Positions 1 through 8,249 of a stretch of DNA of 20,000 nt are shown one piece after another. This stretch comes from an uncultured virus (IMG/VR IMGVR_UViG_3300042460_000692). Its lineage: Duplodnaviria > Heunggongvirae > Uroviricota > Caudoviricetes. The notes under the pieces are model-generated. The model had not been told where the DNA came from. It saw only the letters and a program-made list of their open reading frames with translations, and did no database searches. The stretch's first letter is position 1, and each line of letters opens with the position of its first letter. Position numbers and translations under genes: made by a program. The stretch lies in the IMG/VR virus record IMGVR_UViG_3300042460_000692, positions 56,912 to 76,911 of that record. The stretch is one strand, 5' to 3'.

Positions 1-2
1 GT

Positions 3-347
3 CGTGATTTAATCTTGTCTTTAGCCTTAACTAAGGCAGGTACAGGTAAAGAATACACAACCATCAATTCAGTTATTCCTGAAGACGCGGGTCAGTTACA
101 CACAGACGCAAACGTCGCAAAAACTTGGGTAGATAACGAATTAACTTGGTCAGATGTTTATTCTAAAAAACCTGAGGATTACTTAGAAATGGTCGCTAAA
201 GGTGAGGTTCCACGTTGGGATTCAAACAGCAACAAATGGGCATCCAATTCAACATCGGAAGAAGTAATTTCAACACCGAAAACCCCATCAACTCCTGTGG
301 TTGACCCACAAGAAGATGAGGATGTAGATTCAGAATTACCATTCTAA
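3..347 (+). CDS. Probable phage single-stranded DNA-binding protein (gp32-like), C-terminal part; 5'-truncated by the window edge
   Basis: The frame is open from position 3 (RDLILSLALTKAG...), so the TTG start at 15 is an artefact. The protein ends in a Pro/Thr/Ser-rich linker and an acidic tail (DEDVDSELPF) like the SSB C-terminal DDxPF motif. It lies directly upstream of recA, the exonuclease and the helicase. Confidence 0.65.
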   Translation, partial: RDLILSLALTKAGTGKEYTTINSVIPEDAGQLHTDANVAKTWVDNELTWSDVYSKKPEDYLEMVAKGEVPRWDSNSNKWASNSTSEEVISTPKTPSTPVVDPQEDEDVDSELPF

Positions 348-356
348 TTATTTCAC

Positions 357-384
357 GGGGTGGTGAAACATCCACCCCATTTTT
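357..384 (+). terminator. GC-rich hairpin with T tail between ssb and recA (intrinsic terminator or attenuator)
   Basis: GGGGTGG (357-363) pairs with CCACCCC (372-378) around TGAAACAT, followed by ATTTTT. Confidence 0.65.
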
Positions 385-396
385 AAACACAAAACA

Positions 397-1377
397 ATGG
401 CAGGTATTAAAAAAACAGATTTTTCAGCAATCAAGAAGAAATTCTCGAAAGAAGCTGAATACAAGGCTGACCGTTTCTTCGATTTAGGAGATGCTTTCTT
501 GGACGCCACAGGGCTTCCAGGTCCAGCGATGGGACACATCAATATGTTATTAGGTCACAGTGATACAGGTAAAACAACCGCACTTGTAAAGTCAGCGGTA
601 GATGCACAAAAGAAAGGAGTTGTTCCTGTGTTCGTTATTACAGAACAAAAATGGAGTTGGGAACACGCGGAGTTAATGGGATTTGATAAGAACGGAGATT
701 ATCTTTTCAATAGTGATTTTGAGTATATCGAACAAATTACTGAGTACATCAATGAATTATTAGATGCTCAAGAAAAGGGAGACTTACCTCACGATTTATT
801 AATCCTTTGGGATTCTGTAGGTTCAGTCCCTTGTAAAATGACTTACGATGGTAAAGGTGGTAAACAGCACAACGCGTCGGTATTAGCTGACAAAATTGGA
901 ATGGGTATCAACCAACGTATTTCAGGGTCAAGAAGGACAGATAAACCTTACACAAACACATTAATCATTGTTAACCAACCTTGGGTAGAATTACCTGATA
1001 ATCCTTTCGGACAACCTAAGATTAAAGCAAAAGGTGGAGAAGCGATTTGGTTAAACTCAAGTATTGTATTCTTATTTGGTAATCAAAAAGGTGCGGGTAC
1101 AACTAAAATCTCCATCACAAAAGATAAGAGAAAAATTAAAATAGCAACAAGAACAAAAATTTCCATAATGAAAAATCATATCAATGGTTCAGGTTATGAA
1201 GACGGACGTATCTTAGTTACCGCCCACGGATTTATGTCAGCAAAAGAAGATTCAGAAGAGAAGAAATCAATTGAGGATTATAAAAAAGAACAGGGTGATT
1301 ACATCGGTAAGATGTTAGGTGTTAATGTTACAGACATCACAGACGTGGAAGTTGTAACAGAGGAAAGTGATTTATAA
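397..1377 (+). CDS. recA: RecA/UvsX-family recombinase
   Basis: Walker A GHSDTGKTT; Walker B ILWDSVGS; IIVNQ motif; GGEAIWLNSS matches RecA GGxALKFYAS; KN motif. It is a divergent phage-type protein of 326 aa. Confidence 0.92.
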   Translation: MAGIKKTDFSAIKKKFSKEAEYKADRFFDLGDAFLDATGLPGPAMGHINMLLGHSDTGKTTALVKSAVDAQKKGVVPVFVITEQKWSWEHAELMGFDKNGDYLFNSDFEYIEQITEYINELLDAQEKGDLPHDLLILWDSVGSVPCKMTYDGKGGKQHNASVLADKIGMGINQRISGSRRTDKPYTNTLIIVNQPWVELPDNPFGQPKIKAKGGEAIWLNSSIVFLFGNQKGAGTTKISITKDKRKIKIATRTKISIMKNHINGSGYEDGRILVTAHGFMSAKEDSEEKKSIEDYKKEQGDYIGKMLGVNVTDITDVEVVTEESDL

Positions 1378-1389
1378 TAAATTTATTTA

Positions 1390-2412
1390 ATGTCTGTTTT
1401 ATTAGTAGATGGCGACAATTTACTTACGATTGGTTTCTATGGCGTTAAAAATGCCTTTCATAATGGAGAACACATTGGGGGAATGTATCATTTTCTTAAT
1501 ACTCTTAGAAGAACATTTGAGACGTACAATTTAGACAAGATAGTTGTATTTTGGGATGGATTAGAAGGGTCCCAAACTCGTAAGAAAATTTACGCACCTT
1601 ACAAAGAAAACAGAAGATCACGACTTCGTTCTGAAGAAGAAGTTAACTCTTACGGTTACCAAAGAGATAGAGTAAAACAATATCTTGAAGAGTTATTCGT
1701 AAGACAGGGAGAATATGAGTATTGTGAGACTGATGACAACATTGCATACTATACTCAGAATTCACCCAAAGAAAATAAAATAGTTTATTCTTCAGACGGA
1801 GACCTAACACAATTGGTTTCAAAAAATACACAAATCTACAATCCGTCACACGGAAAACTTTACAAACAAAACGATACAATTGTTTATAACCACGAGGAAA
1901 TCTTAATTGAAAATGTTAAATTGGTTAAGATGATGTGTGGTGACTCCTCAGACAACATTGCCGGCATAAGAGGGATGGGCGTAAAACGATTTTTATCGGT
2001 TTTTCCCGAACTAAAAACACAACAAATTTCTGTTGAACAAGTTAAGAACAAATGTGAGGAAATCTTTCAACAAGACAAACACAACAAACTTATTGCGAAT
2101 TTACTAACAGGTGTTACCAAACATGGTGTATTAGGTGAGGAGTTTTTTGATATAAACAATCGTATCGTAAGTTTGGAAGAACCTTTTTTAACCGACGAGG
2201 CTAAAGAAAACATAGATTTACTAATAAATGAAAACTTAGATCAAGAAGGTAGGTCTTACAAAAACGCCATGAGAATGATGAGGGACGATGGAATTTTTAA
2301 TCTATTACCAAAATCAGATGATGGATTTGTTAAATTCTTAAACCCATTCCTTCGATTAACAACAAAAGAAAAAAATAAAAAAAAAATAATTAAAATCAAA
2401 AGTTATGAGTAA
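1390..2412 (+). CDS. 5'-3' exonuclease / flap endonuclease (Pol I 5'-nuclease, T4 RNase H, T5 D15 family)
   Basis: Motifs LLVDGDNL, VVFWDG, RKKIYAPYKENR, ETDDNIA, SSDGDLTQL and the helix-3-turn-helix GDSSDNIAGIRGMGVK. Confidence 0.93.
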   Translation: MSVLLVDGDNLLTIGFYGVKNAFHNGEHIGGMYHFLNTLRRTFETYNLDKIVVFWDGLEGSQTRKKIYAPYKENRRSRLRSEEEVNSYGYQRDRVKQYLEELFVRQGEYEYCETDDNIAYYTQNSPKENKIVYSSDGDLTQLVSKNTQIYNPSHGKLYKQNDTIVYNHEEILIENVKLVKMMCGDSSDNIAGIRGMGVKRFLSVFPELKTQQISVEQVKNKCEEIFQQDKHNKLIANLLTGVTKHGVLGEEFFDINNRIVSLEEPFLTDEAKENIDLLINENLDQEGRSYKNAMRMMRDDGIFNLLPKSDDGFVKFLNPFLRLTTKEKNKKKIIKIKSYE

Positions 2413-2860
2413 CTACCAACAACAACCGGACATTACAAAATTTGAATTCCTATTAACATTAGAGGGAAACATTATTTGTCAAAGATTCTTTAATGTAAAG
2501 GATCATGTGGAAAATTCGAGACGATCTATGGACCTTCATTATTATCTAAGAAATATTTGTGAGGATATTTCTGAAGATTTAAAAATAAAAAGTTCTGATT
2601 ATTTGTGCGAAAATCAAAATTATTTCCTATCTTCGGACTATGTGGAAGACGCTCCCGAGAAGGATAGAGAACACTTTTTATTGGAAATTAAATTGAATGA
2701 AGATGTATTTATTCAAAGAATATTCCCAGCATATTACTATCATCCAAAGGTTAGGTATACTGTCGATATCCGTCCAAATTTGAAGCGTATCTTGTCAGAC
2801 TTAACTGACATCCTGTCTTCAGAAGAATTGGAAACCACATACTTGAATTATCAATTGTAA
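2405..2860 (+). CDS. Hypothetical protein (151 aa) in the replication operon
   Basis: Clean ORF that overlaps the exonuclease stop by 8 nt (ATGAGTAA) and fills the gap to the helicase. No motif recognised. Confidence 0.8.
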   Translation: MSNYQQQPDITKFEFLLTLEGNIICQRFFNVKDHVENSRRSMDLHYYLRNICEDISEDLKIKSSDYLCENQNYFLSSDYVEDAPEKDREHFLLEIKLNEDVFIQRIFPAYYYHPKVRYTVDIRPNLKRILSDLTDILSSEELETTYLNYQL

Positions 2861-2887
2861 TTTAAACACACATTATAAAATAAACAC

Positions 2888-4261
2888 ATGGAAGAGAGAA
2901 ATTTTGGGCATTTAGGATTTTCGTTTCAACAATCTTTATTGAAGGCGATTATTGAAGATAAAAAATATGGAGAAACAATTATTGACGTATTAGATAGTAA
3001 GTTTTTTGATAATAACTCATTTAAATTCATCATGGAAAACATGAAGGAGTTATATAAAAATTATAATAAAATACCCGATTACAACACAATTGCACAGAAA
3101 ATTATGGCTGAAGGTGGTAATAACACCTCATCTAAATCACACGCAGATACGTTAGATGCAATTAAAAACAACGAACAACAAGTTGATTACGTTAAAGACA
3201 CGGCACTTAACTTTTGTAAACAACAAAACTTAAAAAAAGAATTAAAAGGAGTACAAAGTATTATTGATAATGGGGATTTCGAATCTTACAATAAGATTGA
3301 ACAAATTATTCAAAAGGCACTTCAAGTTGGAATTTCAAACGATGACGCGACCGATGTTTTTCATGGTATTGATGAGGCGTTAGAGAAGGACTTTAGACAC
3401 CCATTACCGACAGGTATTGTTGGAATCGACAACTTACTTAAAGGTGGATTAGGAATAGGAGAATTGGGTATTGTATTAGCTCCTACGGGTACTGGTAAGA
3501 CTACCTTACTTACAAAGTTTGCAAATACCGCATATAACTTAGGTTATAATGTCGTACAAATATTTTTTGAGGATAATCCGGGTAATATTAAAAGAAAACA
3601 CTATACGATTTGGACAGGTATTGCACCTGATTCACAACCTGATAATGTTGAGGAAGTTAAGATTAAAATCGAGGAGGCTCAACAACGTTCAAAAGGTAGT
3701 ATTAAATTATTAAAATTGGCTAGTGATAATGTAACCGTTTCTGAAATTAAAAACAAAATCAGAAAAATGAATTCAGACGGAACCAAAATTGATTTATTAG
3801 TTTTAGATTACGTGGATTGTATTTCATCGGATAAATCGACTAATGGTGATGAATGGAAAGGTGAGGGTTCAGTAATGAGAAGTTTAGAATCTATGACGGG
3901 TGAATTTGAAATGGCAATATGGACGGCAACACAAGGTAATAGAGAATCAATTTCTAGTGAAGTGGTTACAGGAGACCAAATGGGTGGATCAATTAAAAAG
4001 GCACAAATTGCTCACGTTATTTTATCTATTGGTAAAACATTAGAACAAAAAGAACATAACTTAGCAACCTTAACATTACTTAAATCTCGTATCGGTAAAG
4101 ATGGTGTCGTATTTCAAAATTGTAAATTTAACAATGAGTTTTTGGAAATTGATACAGAATCACAAAATACCTTATTAGGTCACGAGGAACAAAAAACACA
4201 AATCAATGCTAACCGTGCGGCTGAAGCGTTTAAAAGAAGACAAGAATTAGCAACTAAATAA
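2888..4261 (+). CDS. dnaB: Replicative DNA helicase, DnaB/T4 gp41-like (SF4)
   Basis: Walker A APTGTGKTT; H1a FFED; Walker B LVLDYVD; H3 ATQGNR; KSRIG arginine finger; helical N-terminal domain. Confidence 0.92.
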   Translation: MEERNFGHLGFSFQQSLLKAIIEDKKYGETIIDVLDSKFFDNNSFKFIMENMKELYKNYNKIPDYNTIAQKIMAEGGNNTSSKSHADTLDAIKNNEQQVDYVKDTALNFCKQQNLKKELKGVQSIIDNGDFESYNKIEQIIQKALQVGISNDDATDVFHGIDEALEKDFRHPLPTGIVGIDNLLKGGLGIGELGIVLAPTGTGKTTLLTKFANTAYNLGYNVVQIFFEDNPGNIKRKHYTIWTGIAPDSQPDNVEEVKIKIEEAQQRSKGSIKLLKLASDNVTVSEIKNKIRKMNSDGTKIDLLVLDYVDCISSDKSTNGDEWKGEGSVMRSLESMTGEFEMAIWTATQGNRESISSEVVTGDQMGGSIKKAQIAHVILSIGKTLEQKEHNLATLTLLKSRIGKDGVVFQNCKFNNEFLEIDTESQNTLLGHEEQKTQINANRAAEAFKRRQELATK

Positions 4262-4270
4262 AATAAAAAA

Positions 4271-5242
4271 ATGACAGAAAAAATATTACAAGACAATCCA
4301 GGAAAGTTTGTCCTTTTTCCAATCGAACACCATGACTTATGGAAGTTCTATAAACAATCTGAGGCGTCATTTTGGACTGCAGAGGAAATTGATTTAGGTC
4401 AAGACGTATCTGATTGGGAGAATAAGTTAAATGATGATGAACAACATTTTGTTAAACACGTTTTAGCATTTTTTGCAGCTTCTGATGGTATTGTTAATGA
4501 GAATTTAGCGATGAATTTTGTTAACGAAGTTCAATATACCGAAGCTAAATTTTTCTATGGTTTTCAAATTATGATGGAAAATATCCATAGTGAAACGTAT
4601 TCATTGTTAATTGATACCTTAGTTAAAGATAAAGAAGAACAACACAAATTATTTAATGCAATTGAAACCATACCGGCAATTAAAAAGAAAGCGGATTGGG
4701 CTCTTAAGTGGATTAGCTCTGAATCTTTTGTTGATAGATTATTGGCATTTGCTGCAGTTGAAGGTATCTTCTTTTCAGGTTCATTCTGTTCAATTTTTTG
4801 GTTAAAGAAAAGAGGTTTATTGCCAGGATTAACATTTTCAAATGAATTAATCTCAAGAGACGAGGGTATGCATTGCGATTTTGCTTGTCATTTATATAAC
4901 AATCATATTCAAAATAAAATCTCACAAGAGAGAATTAAAGAAATTATTTGTGGAGCTTTAGAGATTGAAAAAGAATTTATTTTAGAAGCATTACCTGTAC
5001 GTTTAATTGGTATGAATTCAGATTTAATGGCACAATACCTTGAATTTGTAACTGACAGATTATTAGTTGCATTAGGTGTACCTAAGGTTTATAATTCAGA
5101 AAACCCGTTTGATTTTATGCAGAACATTGCATTACAAGGTAAAACAAATTTCTTTGAAAAAAGAGTCGCTGAATATCAAAAGGCGGGAGTTAATAATGTA
5201 TCAGAAGATTTAGATTCTGCGTTTGGTGATGTGGATTTTTAA
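4271..5242 (+). CDS. nrdB: Ribonucleotide reductase class Ia, beta (R2) subunit
   Basis: [31 protein letters not shown] (iron ligands plus radical Tyr), [25 protein letters not shown]. Confidence 0.97.
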   Translation: MTEKILQDNPGKFVLFPIEHHDLWKFYKQSEASFWTAEEIDLGQDVSDWENKLNDDEQHFVKHVLAFFAASDGIVNENLAMNFVNEVQYTEAKFFYGFQIMMENIHSETYSLLIDTLVKDKEEQHKLFNAIETIPAIKKKADWALKWISSESFVDRLLAFAAVEGIFFSGSFCSIFWLKKRGLLPGLTFSNELISRDEGMHCDFACHLYNNHIQNKISQERIKEIICGALEIEKEFILEALPVRLIGMNSDLMAQYLEFVTDRLLVALGVPKVYNSENPFDFMQNIALQGKTNFFEKRVAEYQKAGVNNVSEDLDSAFGDVDF

Positions 5243-5262
5243 TTTAAAAAAGACTTAATAAA

Positions 5263-7704
5263 ATGAAAGTAAAAAAAAGAAATGGTGAATTGGAGGAGAT
5301 GAGATATGACAAGATCACTAAACGTATTAGTGTTCTTTGTCATGATTTAAATATGGAATATATTGACCCAACGTTTGTTACCCTAAAAGTAACTTCGGGG
5401 ATTTACGATGGAATTTCAACAACTGAATTAGATGTATTAGCTGCGGAGACCGCAGCAGCCATGGTTACCACACATCCTGATTATGCAAAACTGGCGGGAA
5501 GATTGGCTGTTTCTAATTTACATAAAACAACACCTAAAAAGTTTTCACAATCAATGAAAGAATTATATTCCTTTATTGAACCAAAAACAGGTAAAGAATC
5601 TTCATTAATTGATGATAATGTATATCAATTTGTTTTAGCAAACAAAGAAATCTTAGATGGAGCTATCAATCAAGATCGTGATTTAGATTTTGATTATTTT
5701 GGAATTAAAACTTTAGAACGTTCTTATCTATTAAAAATTGGTACTCGTATTGTTGAAAGACCTCAATATCTTTATATGAGAGTTGCAGTTGGTATTTGTA
5801 AAGGAGACGTCAATATGGCGTTAAGAATTTATGATGACCTATCACAACATTTTTATACACACGCAACACCCACATTATTTAATGCTGGTACTAAAAGAGC
5901 ACAAATGTCATCTTGTTTCTTAATTGGAAATAAAGGAGATGATATTGATGGATTGTTTGATACAATTTCTGACGTTGCAAAGATTTCTAAGTGGGCTGGT
6001 GGTATTGGATTACACGTACACGATGTTCGTGCTAAGGGATCATATATTAAAGGAACTGGTGGAGAATCTGATGGTCTGTTACCAATGATGAAGACGTATA
6101 ATGAGGTTGCTCGTTGGATTAATCAAGGTGGTAAACGTAAGGGTTCATTTGCTATTTATCTTGAACCATGGCACGCTGACATTTATGAATTTATTGATTT
6201 AAGAAAGAATCATGGTAAAGAAGAAATGAGGGCAAGGGATTTGTTTTTAGCAATGTGGACACCAGATTTATTTATGAAACGTGTTGAGGAAGACGGTGAT
6301 TGGACATTGTTCTCACCTGATGAAGCGCCAGGATTATCTGATGCTTACGATACACCTGAAGAAAAAACATTTACCATGTTGTACGAATCTTACGAACAAC
6401 AAGGGTTAGGTAGAAAAGTGGTTAAAGCAAGAAAATTAATGGATGCAATTTTAACCGCACAAATTGAAACAGGAACACCTTATATGTTATATAAAGATCC
6501 TGCCAATTATAAATCAAATCAAAAGAATTTAGGTACGATTAAATCATCAAATTTATGTACCGAAATTATTGAATACTCATCACCAACAGAACAAGCTGTT
6601 TGTAATTTGGCTTCAATCGCATTACCTAAGTATATCGTTAACGGTGAATTTAATCACGATATGTTATATGAATATACCTACCAAGTTGTAAAAAACTTGA
6701 ACAACGTAATCGATTTAAATTTTTATCCAACTGAAGAAACAAAACGTTCAAATTTCAGACATCGTCCTGTTGGTTTGGGTATTCAAGGATTGGCGGATGT
6801 ATTATGTATGTTACATTTACCATTCGAATCTGATAAGGCAGATACACTACAAACTGATATTTTTGAAACAATATATTTTGCGGCAATGACGTCCTCAAAA
6901 GATTTAGCTAAAGAATTCGGAGCATATGAAACAATCGTTGGTTCCCCAATTGAAAAAGGAATCTTTCAATATCAAATGTGGAATAAAGTAGATTCTGATT
7001 TATCTGGTCGTTGGGATTGGAAATCATTAAGAAAAGATGTCATCAAATTTGGAGTTAGAAACTCATTATTGGTGGCACCGATGCCAACAGCATCTACCGC
7101 ACAGATTTTAGGTAACAATGAAGCGTTTGAACCATTTACAACTAATTTATATTCTCGTCGTACATTAAGTGGTGAGTTTGTTATGATTAATAAACATTTG
7201 GTAAAAGATTTATTAAATCTTGGAATGTGGAACGAAGGAATCAAAAACAAACTAATCATGGAAAATGGTTCGGTTCAAAATATTCCAGAATTACCAACAG
7301 ATTTAAAAGAGATTTATAAGACTGTTTGGGAAATGTCACAAAAGAGAATTTTACAAATGGCAGCAAATAGAAGTGTGTTTATTGACCAATCACAATCATT
7401 AAATTTATTTATTGATAACGCAACTAAACCTAAATTATTGGCGGCACACTTATTTGGTTGGAAATTGGGATTAAAAACGGGTATGTATTACTTAAGAACA
7501 AGAGCGGCGGTAGATGCGTTAAAGGGATTAGGTGTCGATACATCAACACCAAAATTGGTGGAACAACCAACAGGACAACAAACTGCGGTATATCCTACTA
7601 CACCAAAAAGTAATCCAATTATTAGTGAAAATACACCAGAATTACAAATGACAATCGAAAGACCAATAGACTCACCATTTGATTGTGAGGGATGTGGTTC
7701 ATAA
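5263..7704 (+). CDS. nrdA: Ribonucleotide reductase class Ia, alpha (R1) subunit with N-terminal ATP cone
   Basis: ATP cone MKVKKRNG; TPTLFNAG; SSCFL; SNLCTEI active site; VCNLAS; APMPTASTAQI; KTGMYYLR; C-terminal redox pair CEGCGS. Confidence 0.97.
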   Translation: MKVKKRNGELEEMRYDKITKRISVLCHDLNMEYIDPTFVTLKVTSGIYDGISTTELDVLAAETAAAMVTTHPDYAKLAGRLAVSNLHKTTPKKFSQSMKELYSFIEPKTGKESSLIDDNVYQFVLANKEILDGAINQDRDLDFDYFGIKTLERSYLLKIGTRIVERPQYLYMRVAVGICKGDVNMALRIYDDLSQHFYTHATPTLFNAGTKRAQMSSCFLIGNKGDDIDGLFDTISDVAKISKWAGGIGLHVHDVRAKGSYIKGTGGESDGLLPMMKTYNEVARWINQGGKRKGSFAIYLEPWHADIYEFIDLRKNHGKEEMRARDLFLAMWTPDLFMKRVEEDGDWTLFSPDEAPGLSDAYDTPEEKTFTMLYESYEQQGLGRKVVKARKLMDAILTAQIETGTPYMLYKDPANYKSNQKNLGTIKSSNLCTEIIEYSSPTEQAVCNLASIALPKYIVNGEFNHDMLYEYTYQVVKNLNNVIDLNFYPTEETKRSNFRHRPVGLGIQGLADVLCMLHLPFESDKADTLQTDIFETIYFAAMTSSKDLAKEFGAYETIVGSPIEKGIFQYQMWNKVDSDLSGRWDWKSLRKDVIKFGVRNSLLVAPMPTASTAQILGNNEAFEPFTTNLYSRRTLSGEFVMINKHLVKDLLNLGMWNEGIKNKLIMENGSVQNIPELPTDLKEIYKTVWEMSQKRILQMAANRSVFIDQSQSLNLFIDNATKPKLLAAHLFGWKLGLKTGMYYLRTRAAVDALKGLGVDTSTPKLVEQPTGQQTAVYPTTPKSNPIISENTPELQMTIERPIDSPFDCEGCGS

Positions 7705-7733
7705 AAATAACGTTTAAATGTCAAAACAATATT

Positions 7734-7758
7734 AAATCCAACTTAGGTTGGATTTTTT
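7734..7758 (+). terminator. Intrinsic terminator ending the replication/RNR block
   Basis: Perfect stem AAATCCAAC (7734-7742) / GTTGGATTT (7747-7755) with loop TTAG and a T-run, 30 nt after the nrdA stop. Confidence 0.85.
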
Positions 7759-7784
7759 ATTTATTACCATTTTAGATTAGTTTA

Positions 7785-7792
7785 TATTTATA
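7785..7792 (+). promoter_or_regulatory. TATTTATA motif, candidate late-gene promoter element
   Basis: 3 nt before the ATG at 7796. A second copy (TATTTATT) is at 7758-7765. The motif recurs before three other structural genes. Confidence 0.5.
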
Positions 7793-7795
7793 ATC

Positions 7796-8248
7796 ATGGC
7801 GATAACATATGGAATTGATTTCCCATTTAGAGATAGTTTAAAGGGTGATTATGTTAAATTAACAACAACACCCGAAAGAGAAGTACGAGCGAATCTTATA
7901 CATCTTTTATTGACAAGAAGAGGTAGTCGTTATTTCTTACCCGATTTTGGTTCAAGATTATACCTATATATCTTTGACCAAAACGATAGTGTTACATTCG
8001 ATTTAATTGAAGATGAAATAAGAGAATCCGTTAAAAAATACATTCCAAATTTAGATATAACAAAATTAGATGTTATGTCTGCAGAAGATGACCCTGATAC
8101 TGTTAGAACATTTAGTCAAGATGAAGATGAGAGATTATTTAGGGTTTCTGACAATACAACTAAACCACACACCGCAGTAGTGAAAATTGAATATACGGTT
8201 AATAACGGAGCATTTTCATCTTCGGACTTTATAATACTAAACATTTAA
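7796..8248 (+). CDS. Baseplate wedge protein, T4 gp25/GPW-like
   Basis: YGIDFPF start, NLIHLLLTRRGSRYFLPDFGSRL (gp25-family L.T..GER...PdFG signature), IRESVKKYIP, terminal KIEYTV strand. Confidence 0.88.
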   Translation: MAITYGIDFPFRDSLKGDYVKLTTTPEREVRANLIHLLLTRRGSRYFLPDFGSRLYLYIFDQNDSVTFDLIEDEIRESVKKYIPNLDITKLDVMSAEDDPDTVRTFSQDEDERLFRVSDNTTKPHTAVVKIEYTVNNGAFSSSDFIILNI

Positions 8249-8249
8249 A

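Noticed and set aside
2369..2393. A7-T-A10 homopolymer near the end of the exonuclease gene as a programmed frameshift fusing it to the next ORF
   Set aside because: Both alternative frames hit TAA immediately (2387-2389 and 2391-2393), so slippage would only trim a few residues and no fusion is possible. It is more likely the A-rich leader of the next gene.
397..7704. Inteins, group I introns or homing endonucleases in recA, dnaB, nrdB or nrdA
   Set aside because: All four ORFs are continuous, of normal length, and have expected motif spacing.
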